In this document: one piece after another, positions 57,737-64,000 of the stretch | Position numbering within the stretch: the first letter of the stretch is position 1 | Layout of the letters: the number at the start of each line of letters is the position of its first letter | DNA from: an uncultured Acidimicrobiales bacterium | GTDB taxonomy: Bacteria > Actinomycetota > Acidimicrobiia > Acidimicrobiales > SZUA-35 | Reading direction: 5' to 3' | Length of the DNA stretch: 64,000 nucleotides | NCBI GenBank assembly: GCA_937922045.1 | Contig: CAKZXA010000073.1 | Coordinates: 26,484 to 90,483, forward strand | The notes under the pieces: model-generated | Database searches by the model: none | What the model was told of the DNA's origin: nothing | The model's input: only the letters and a program-made list of their open reading frames with translations | Made by a program: the position numbers and the translations under genes

Positions 57737-58972
57737 ATGACCCGAGAGCGAGCGCCGCTTGGCGATGAAGTCGTCAGACTTGAGCACGTCTACAAGATCT
57801 TCGGGCCCCGCCCTAGGGGTCGTGCCTTTGAACTGGTGAAGGCCGGCGTCGGCAAGAAAGAGGTTCAGGCGCAGACCGGCCATGTGGTCGGTTTGCACGA
57901 TGTGAACTTCAGCGTCCGACAGGGTGAGATCTTTGTTGTGATGGGCCTCTCAGGCTCGGGCAAGTCGACGGCGATTCGCACGGTAAACAAGCTCCATGAC
58001 ATCACCCACGGCCATGTGTGGGTTGATGGCATCGACGTTCAGTCGCTGAACGGGCCATCGCTCCAAGCGTTCCGCCGAGAGAAGATGGGAATGGTGTTCC
58101 AGCATTTCGCCCTGTTCCCTCACCGCAACGTCATCGATAACACCGGCTATGGGCTCAAGGTCCAGAAGGTGCCAAAGGCCGACCGAGATCGGGCCGCCAT
58201 GCGGGCCCTTTCGCTCGTCGGGCTCGAGTCGTACGCCACCAATGCGGTCGACGAACTTTCGGGCGGTATGCAGCAGCGAATCGGTCTGGCTCGAGCCTTG
58301 GCATCCGATCCCGACATCCTCCTGATGGACGAAGCCTTCTCTGCTCTCGATCCGCTCATCCGTCGCCAGATGCAGGACGAGATGATGGAGATCCAGAACG
58401 AGCTCCAGAAGACGATCCTCTTCATCACCCACGACTTGAACGAAGCACTTCGCATCGGTGACCGAGTGTGCATCATGAAAGATGGCGCGGTCGTACAGAT
58501 TGGAACCCCCGAAGAGATCCTCACGCGGCCCGCTACCGGCTATGTGGCCGAGTTCGTGCAGGATGTGGATCAGGGTCGTGTTATTCAGGCCCATGAGGTG
58601 ATGACGCAGGCCAGCCCGGTCACGGTCGGGTCGAGTCTGCAAGACGCTGTCAACGTGATGCATGGGCGAACGGGTGCCTTCGTCGTCGATGCTGATGGCC
58701 GGCCAACAGGACTCATCCTCGCCGCCGACGGCATTAGGGCTGCAGCTGATGGATCAACCGATCTCGAAGGTTGTATTCGCACCGATTTCGAAACCACAAC
58801 GTCGGCGACGACGCTCAACAACCTTTACCGCGAGTCGGGGACCGGGCAACCGATCGCCGTGCTCGATGATGCGGGCGCCCTGGTCGGCCGAATCGATCCT
58901 GGCGACATTTTGAAAGAGATGGGGCGTGTTGAGCACCTCATAGACGGCTTTGAGCGAGAGGTGTTCATGTAA
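57737..58972 (+). CDS. proV: glycine betaine/proline ABC transporter ATP-binding protein with tandem CBS domains
   Basis: GGGGGAG lies before ATG 57737. GLSGSGKST, LSGGMQQR, LLMDEAFSALD and a CBS-pair C-terminus. Confidence 0.9.
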   Translation: MTRERAPLGDEVVRLEHVYKIFGPRPRGRAFELVKAGVGKKEVQAQTGHVVGLHDVNFSVRQGEIFVVMGLSGSGKSTAIRTVNKLHDITHGHVWVDGIDVQSLNGPSLQAFRREKMGMVFQHFALFPHRNVIDNTGYGLKVQKVPKADRDRAAMRALSLVGLESYATNAVDELSGGMQQRIGLARALASDPDILLMDEAFSALDPLIRRQMQDEMMEIQNELQKTILFITHDLNEALRIGDRVCIMKDGAVVQIGTPEEILTRPATGYVAEFVQDVDQGRVIQAHEVMTQASPVTVGSSLQDAVNVMHGRTGAFVVDADGRPTGLILAADGIRAAADGSTDLEGCIRTDFETTTSATTLNNLYRESGTGQPIAVLDDAGALVGRIDPGDILKEMGRVEHLIDGFEREVFM

Positions 58973-61563
58973 TGAGTAGACGACCAATTCTTGCTCAAGA
59001 AGCTGATGCTGATGCTGAAGGTGGCGGTGGATTCCTCGACCGCATGGACGACGAGACGGTGCTCGACGAATGGGAATTCCCCGTCGGCGAGTGGGTCGAA
59101 CAAGGTGTTGACTGGGCTGTCGTAAACCTTCGAGGCGTTTTGCGGGTAGTCGAGTGGCCGTTCGACAAGTTGTTTGAAATCGTTGTTGACGAAGGCCTGC
59201 TGAAAGCCCCGTGGCTGCTCGTAGTGCTCGGGTTCTTCGTGGTTGGCGCGGCGCTGCGAGGCGTCAAAGTTGGTGCTCTGGCTGGCATTTCGCTGTTCAT
59301 CTGCGGGTTGCTTGGAACCGCCTACTGGGCCGACACGATGCGTACGATCGGCATGATTCTGGTCGCTGTGTTCCTGTGTGCTTTGATCGGCATACCGGTC
59401 GGTATCGCTTGTGGGCGTTTCGACGGCGTGTGGTCGGCGATCAGACCAGTGCTCGATGCCATGCAGGTGATTCACACCTTCGTCTACATGCTGCCGGTGA
59501 TCTTCTTCTACGGGTTGGGCGCGGTTCCCGCGACCATGGTGACGATGATCTTCGCTGTACCTCCGCTCGTGCGACTCACCAACCTCGGCATCAGACAGGT
59601 TCCTGAGGATGTTGTCGAAGCCAGCCGTTCCTTCGGTGCGCCTGAGCTTCGGGTGCTAACCGACGTGCAGCTCCCGCTCGCCCGTCCGGCCATCATGACC
59701 GGTCTCAACCAGACGCTTCTGCTCGCTATCTCGATGGGCGGTATCGCCGCCATCATGGGTGCGGGAGGCCTCGGCTTGAAGGTGTTCCGCGCTGTGCAGA
59801 ATATCGACGTTGCCCTGGCCGGTTCTGCCGGTCTTGCCTTTTTCTTGGTCGCCGTTGTTCTGGATCGTATCTCCCAGCCCGGTGGTGCTGCCGGCCCCAA
59901 CCTCCTCTCGCGCATTCGCATGGCGTGGGCCAACCGCGAGACTCCTGAAGACCTGATCGGTGAGCCCGGCTTTACCCCGCCGGTTGCGCCTTCGATCAAC
60001 GCTGAGAAGTACACCTCGGTGGAGGCGGCTGAACGCCTCCCCATGGTGGTCGCTGGTGCTGCAGGCCTTGTCGCTGCCATCAGTGCCCTGCTCGTGTGGG
60101 GTTCGGATGCAGGTCTCGTCACGGCCTACTCACGTGGATCCGATGTGGATCTCGCCGGCCAGTCGTTTAGTGGTTTAGCTGCCTCCGGTGGTTCTTTCTT
60201 CGGCGTTCTCACCGCCGTTGGCGGCCTCTTCGTTGTCGCCTGTGTTGCTCAAGCCTTCATGGGGCCTGGCCGCGGCCCAGCCTGGTTCTCCTCAGCAGGG
60301 GCCACGTTGGCATCGGGTCTCGTTGTCGGTTCGAGTCTGGCCTACCTGTCGATCGACGCTTCACCCGAGGTGACGGCCTTCAGTTTCGGCCCTGGCCCCT
60401 ACCTCGGCTTGGGTGCGGGTGTGGTTGCTCTGGCCGCTTCTTGGCGCTGGATGTGGAAGACGCCGATCGCTGAGATCACCCCTCAATCGGGTGGTATCTC
60501 TAGTGGGCGAATGGCCGGTGGCGCGATCGCCTTGTTGCTCGTGACTATCTCGCTGTATTCCGGTTGGACCTTTGACAATCGCGTTCGTACGGTGTTCACG
60601 CCTGAGCTTCAGGCCGAGATGGATGAGATCGAACGTCAGGTCGAGGACGGCGAGTTGGCCGCCAATATCGGCGCTCAGCAGATGCAGAACCTCAACAACA
60701 AGGCTGTGAAGAACACGGAGCTAGTCCTCGATGGTCGCAGCGACGATGGCTCTCGCTTGGGTTGGCCTGCTCTTGCCCTTGCCCTTGCTGGTTTGGCCAT
60801 GCTGGTTCCGGCCGCTGGATTCGTTCGTCCTCGGCTCACCAATGCGGCAAGCAGATTCATGACTGCTGAAGCCGGTTCTGGTCGCGGGGTCTTTGCCTTT
60901 ATTGGCGTGACGTTGGCCGTTGCTTCGATCCTTTGGATCTACGCCGTCGACACCGTGCTGGGCAAGGCCGAAAGTGCAGCTGGCAACATTGTCAATGTCG
61001 AAGGCAGGCTCGGGCCTGTGTTTCTAGGATCGGCCGCTATCGAGGTCCTGTTGCTACTGGCGATTCTCGTCGGTGCCGTCATTATGTTGAGTCGAGCTTC
61101 GGGTGTGCGCGCCGAGGCAACGATGGCGTTGCTTATCGGTTTCGGTGGATTCGCCTTGCTGCTGGCTGTAATGATGTGGCAGTACGGACCAACACCGGTC
61201 TTGGCCATTCTGGCCGTGATCGCTGGTCTCATCGGACTGGGCTTCGTATTCGGCGACCTGAGTGGTGAGCAGCAATGGGCGTGGAGCGGTATTGCTGCCG
61301 CAGCCGGGCTTGCCCTGATGGGGCTCGCAGGCGGCTGGGTCCTGTCGATCATGCGAGCCACCGACGACAAGTTCTATTCTGGTATCGGCGCCGCGCTGGC
61401 TCTAACCGCTGGCTTTATCTTGCTGGCATCCTCACGGGGTGTTCTCATGGACTTTGGCCGAGCCAAGATCTACGGAGATCTCGGTGGAACCACATCGTCA
61501 CATGTTGACGAAATCGATGTAATCGACGCTCCTACTGCAGAACCGGAGCTTGTCGGTCGATAG
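58972..61563 (+). CDS. ProW/OpuAB-type ABC permease fused to a ~550-aa polytopic membrane domain of unknown function
   Basis: 863 aa. Residues ~60-310 form a betaine-type permease with the EAA loop EASRSFGAPELRVLTDVQLPLARPAIMTGLNQ. The remainder is a continuous ORF with at least 10 further hydrophobic segments. TAATG overlap with proV. Confidence 0.85.
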   Translation: MSRRPILAQEADADAEGGGGFLDRMDDETVLDEWEFPVGEWVEQGVDWAVVNLRGVLRVVEWPFDKLFEIVVDEGLLKAPWLLVVLGFFVVGAALRGVKVGALAGISLFICGLLGTAYWADTMRTIGMILVAVFLCALIGIPVGIACGRFDGVWSAIRPVLDAMQVIHTFVYMLPVIFFYGLGAVPATMVTMIFAVPPLVRLTNLGIRQVPEDVVEASRSFGAPELRVLTDVQLPLARPAIMTGLNQTLLLAISMGGIAAIMGAGGLGLKVFRAVQNIDVALAGSAGLAFFLVAVVLDRISQPGGAAGPNLLSRIRMAWANRETPEDLIGEPGFTPPVAPSINAEKYTSVEAAERLPMVVAGAAGLVAAISALLVWGSDAGLVTAYSRGSDVDLAGQSFSGLAASGGSFFGVLTAVGGLFVVACVAQAFMGPGRGPAWFSSAGATLASGLVVGSSLAYLSIDASPEVTAFSFGPGPYLGLGAGVVALAASWRWMWKTPIAEITPQSGGISSGRMAGGAIALLLVTISLYSGWTFDNRVRTVFTPELQAEMDEIERQVEDGELAANIGAQQMQNLNNKAVKNTELVLDGRSDDGSRLGWPALALALAGLAMLVPAAGFVRPRLTNAASRFMTAEAGSGRGVFAFIGVTLAVASILWIYAVDTVLGKAESAAGNIVNVEGRLGPVFLGSAAIEVLLLLAILVGAVIMLSRASGVRAEATMALLIGFGGFALLLAVMMWQYGPTPVLAILAVIAGLIGLGFVFGDLSGEQQWAWSGIAAAAGLALMGLAGGWVLSIMRATDDKFYSGIGAALALTAGFILLASSRGVLMDFGRAKIYGDLGGTTSSHVDEIDVIDAPTAEPELVGR

Positions 61564-61690
61564 CCGATATCGGCCCCGACGCCTCAAAGCAGAGCTACGC
61601 AACTACGCTGGATGGCTGTATGCCGATCCGGCCGCCATCAGCTGTCATGATCCCTACAACCGAGTCTCAACCGGGGAGAAGAAAACCCAA

Positions 61691-62899
61691 ATGAAACCAA
61701 AGAAACTAACCCTCCTAGTCGCGCTGCTGGCAGCGTTCGGTCTTTTGGCCGCCGCCTGCGGTGGCGCCGATGATGTTGTCGATGCTGCGGGCGATGCCGC
61801 TGATGCTGCGGGTGACGCGGCTGAAGAGGTCGCTGAAGACGCAGAAGAAATGGTCGACGACGTCGCAGACGCAGCCGACGATGCAATGTCCGATGGCGAG
61901 AAGGCCATGCCCGGTGAAGGCGTTGCCGTCACCGCAGCACGGGCCAACTGGTCGACCGGCTACTTCCAGGGTGCTCTCTACTCCGCCATGCTCGCTGAGC
62001 TTGGTTACGAGGTGAGCGATCCTTCGCTGAACGAGTTGCCTCCTTCCAATGGCTACCTTGCCATGGCTCAGGGCGACATCGACTTCTGGGCCAACAGCTG
62101 GTACCCAGGTCACTTCAGCTGGTACGAGAATGAGCTGCCCGACGGCTCGACCGTAGAAGATCACGTTGAGGTCATCGGTGAAGAACTCATGGCCGCTGGC
62201 CTCGAAGGCTTCCTGGTCACCAAGTCGGTCGCTGAAGACAATGGCATCAAGTCGCTGCAGCAGATTTACGAGGACGATGCACTCATCGCTCTCTTCGATT
62301 CTGACGGCAACGGCAAGGCAGAGATCTTCGGTTGCCCCGAAGACTGGACCTGCGACGACATCATCACCGACACCATTACCTTCAATGGCTGGGATGACAA
62401 GATCGAGCAGACCATTGCTGGCTACGACGCCATGATCATCGAGTCGGTGGCCAAGGCCAACGCCGGTGAGCCCATGATTCAGTACACATGGAGCCCCTCG
62501 GGTTACCTCACCCAGCTGATCCCGGGTGACAACGCTCTTTGGCTCAACGTTGGCACGATCGAGAACGTACTCGACGGTTCGACCAACCCGGACTGGAACT
62601 TCCGTGACACCGGCGCCGCCCCACTGGGCGACACCTGCACGGACGATCCTTGCTTCCTCGGTTGGACCAACGCCGACGTACAGGTCACGGCCAACTCAGA
62701 GTTCCTGGCCGAGAACCCATCCGCTGCCGAGCTGTTCCGTCAGGTAAAGCTCAGCGTGCTCGATGTTGCTAACCAGAACGTCAAGTACACCAATGGTGAA
62801 GACACCGAGGATGACGTACAGCGTCACGCCGCCGAGTGGATCGCCGAGAACCGGGAGCTCGTCGACACCTGGCTCGACGCTGCTCGCGCTGCAGCCTAG
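61691..62899 (+). CDS. second OpuAC/ProX-family substrate-binding lipoprotein with an acidic Asp/Ala linker
   Basis: GGGGAGA lies before ATG 61691. Lipobox LLAAAC. A 21-bp tandem duplication at 61781-61822 sits within the D/A/E-rich linker. NWSTGYFQ..., FWANSWYPGH are of ProX type. Confidence 0.78.
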   Translation: MKPKKLTLLVALLAAFGLLAAACGGADDVVDAAGDAADAAGDAAEEVAEDAEEMVDDVADAADDAMSDGEKAMPGEGVAVTAARANWSTGYFQGALYSAMLAELGYEVSDPSLNELPPSNGYLAMAQGDIDFWANSWYPGHFSWYENELPDGSTVEDHVEVIGEELMAAGLEGFLVTKSVAEDNGIKSLQQIYEDDALIALFDSDGNGKAEIFGCPEDWTCDDIITDTITFNGWDDKIEQTIAGYDAMIIESVAKANAGEPMIQYTWSPSGYLTQLIPGDNALWLNVGTIENVLDGSTNPDWNFRDTGAAPLGDTCTDDPCFLGWTNADVQVTANSEFLAENPSAAELFRQVKLSVLDVANQNVKYTNGEDTEDDVQRHAAEWIAENRELVDTWLDAARAAA

Positions 62900-62928
62900 G
62901 TCACCAGCTGATCTAGTAGACAACCTCT

Positions 62929-62972
62929 GAGAAGGGTGGGTGGCCAACTGGTCACCCACCCTTCTTGCTTTT
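62929..62972 (+). terminator. rho-independent terminator after the ABC transporter operon
   Basis: gagaagggtgggtggcc-aact-ggtcacccacccttct: a ~16-bp stem followed by tgctttt. Confidence 0.7.
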
Positions 62973-62999
62973 GGGCGGGGATGGCGCAAGGCTCGATCC

Positions 63000-63650
63000 A
63001 TGATCGACCTCTACGACGCAATGAGCACCCTACGGGCGGTCCGGCGCCTCCGAACCGACCCCATCCCGGCCGAGGTGCTCGATCGGGTGCTGCAAGCGGC
63101 ATGTTGGGCTCCGACCGGCGGGAACCAGCAGCCCTGGCGAATCGTGGCGGTTCAAGACGACGAGCGCAAGCGTGCTCTACAGGACATCTACGCTCCCGAG
63201 TGGCGAAACTACACCGCGGGCTACACCGACCGCTTAGGCGCCATGGACGAAAAGGCGGCTGAGGCATTGCGGCGAACGTTGAGCGCCGGCGACTATCTAG
63301 CTGAGCATCTGGCCGAAGCACCGGTGATTCTCGTCTTCTGCGCCGACTTCCGCGCTATGGCTGTCACCGATGCCAAGCTCGACCGTCGGAGTCTCATCGG
63401 GGGAGCGTCGGTCTACCCTGCGGTGCAGAACCTGATGCTGGCTTGTGTCGCCGAAGGCCTTGGCTGCACCCTGACGACTCTTCATTGCATTCGTGAGTCC
63501 GAGGTGATGGAAATACTCGGGATCCCAGAGCCGTGGGCCACGGCGGCCTTGGTGCCGATCGGGTACCCGGTTGGCAAGGGCCACGGTTCGATCACACGAA
63601 AGCCCATCGCCGACATGGTCTTCCGCAACGCCTTTGGCGAGGCCTGGTAG
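63000..63650 (+). CDS. nitroreductase family protein
   Basis: 216 aa from ATG 63000, downstream of the terminator. RAVRRLRTDPIPAEVLDRVLQAACWAPTGGNQQPWRIV is the classical nitroreductase N-terminus. Confidence 0.85.
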   Translation: MIDLYDAMSTLRAVRRLRTDPIPAEVLDRVLQAACWAPTGGNQQPWRIVAVQDDERKRALQDIYAPEWRNYTAGYTDRLGAMDEKAAEALRRTLSAGDYLAEHLAEAPVILVFCADFRAMAVTDAKLDRRSLIGGASVYPAVQNLMLACVAEGLGCTLTTLHCIRESEVMEILGIPEPWATAALVPIGYPVGKGHGSITRKPIADMVFRNAFGEAW

Positions 63651-63667
63651 CCACCTGTAACTCGGGT

Positions 63668-64000
63668 CTAGTCGTCGAGTTCGCTGGTCGACCAGTCGCC
63701 AACGACCAGAGCGTCTGGATCGTTGAGGTCTTCGATGCAACGCTCTGCCAAGGGCATGGCATTGTTGTGACGCACGGCGTCGCGCGATGAGACAAACGTA
63801 CTGGGTGGCAGCCGGCCCTTGTCGAAAGACTTCTTGTAGGCGTCTGAGCCTTTGGCGTCGATCTGGTCCCAGGTCCTGCTGAGGGCGTAGCCTGTTGGCC
63901 CTGTGACGTCTCGGGCCATATCGCCAAGGTCATTTGAGAGATGGCGCCGACCGGCACGGCGAGCTTTCCACTCGTACCAGACTTCGGACAACCAAGCTTT
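63668..64000 (-). CDS. hypothetical protein, probably 5'-truncated by the window edge
   Basis: The open frame runs to the end of the window and has protein-like composition. No family recognised. Confidence 0.3.
   Translation of the reverse strand, partial: KAWLSEVWYEWKARRAGRRHLSNDLGDMARDVTGPTGYALSRTWDQIDAKGSDAYKKSFDKGRLPPSTFVSSRDAVRHNNAMPLAERCIEDLNDPDALVVGDWSTSELDD

Overview
High-GC chromosomal core region with strong GC3 bias and many long antisense shadow ORFs. It looks like Actinomycetota: cofD/cofE (F420), a manB-manA-ahcY block and a prfB-ftsE-ftsX ... smpB-ssrA neighbourhood. I support about 55 protein genes, one tmRNA and one tRNA-Leu(UAG). I saw no rRNA, CRISPR array, transposase, integrase or recognisable defence system. 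Gene blocks: (1) 0.1-7.5 kb, nucleotide-sugar and glycosyltransferase cluster (ugd, UDP-xylose synthase, three GT4 genes, a small cytidylyltransferase). (2) 7.5-13.8 kb, minus strand: SF2 helicase, cofE, cofD, gmd and an Rmd-like reductase. (3) 13.9-19.3 kb, a translationally coupled trio: giant GT2-membrane fusion, DUF5719-like protein and a membrane thioredoxin-like protein; then ftsH. (4) 21.7-27.5 kb: CPBP protease, zinc-ribbon protein, 1018-aa GT-C-like membrane protein and a GtrA-GT2 fusion. (5) 27.6-39.4 kb: manB, manA, trm112, ahcY, comF, hpf, secA, prfB, ftsE, ftsX. (6) 39.5-44.5 kb, a synteny break with an inverted smpB-ssrA. (7) 44.5-51.5 kb: orphan JAMM protein, HTH/coiled-coil protein, rph, rdgB, tRNA-Leu, solitary clpP, TRAM methyltransferase and a lipoprotein. 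(8) 51.6-52.6 kb: two ORFs joined by an in-frame TGA, a PrdB/GrdB-family selenoprotein candidate with a SECIS-like hairpin. This is the most interesting single observation. (9) 56.5-62.9 kb: a ProU/OpuA-type ABC transporter with two binding proteins, whose permease carries about 550 extra membrane residues. All family names come from motif recognition and memory; no database search was possible.
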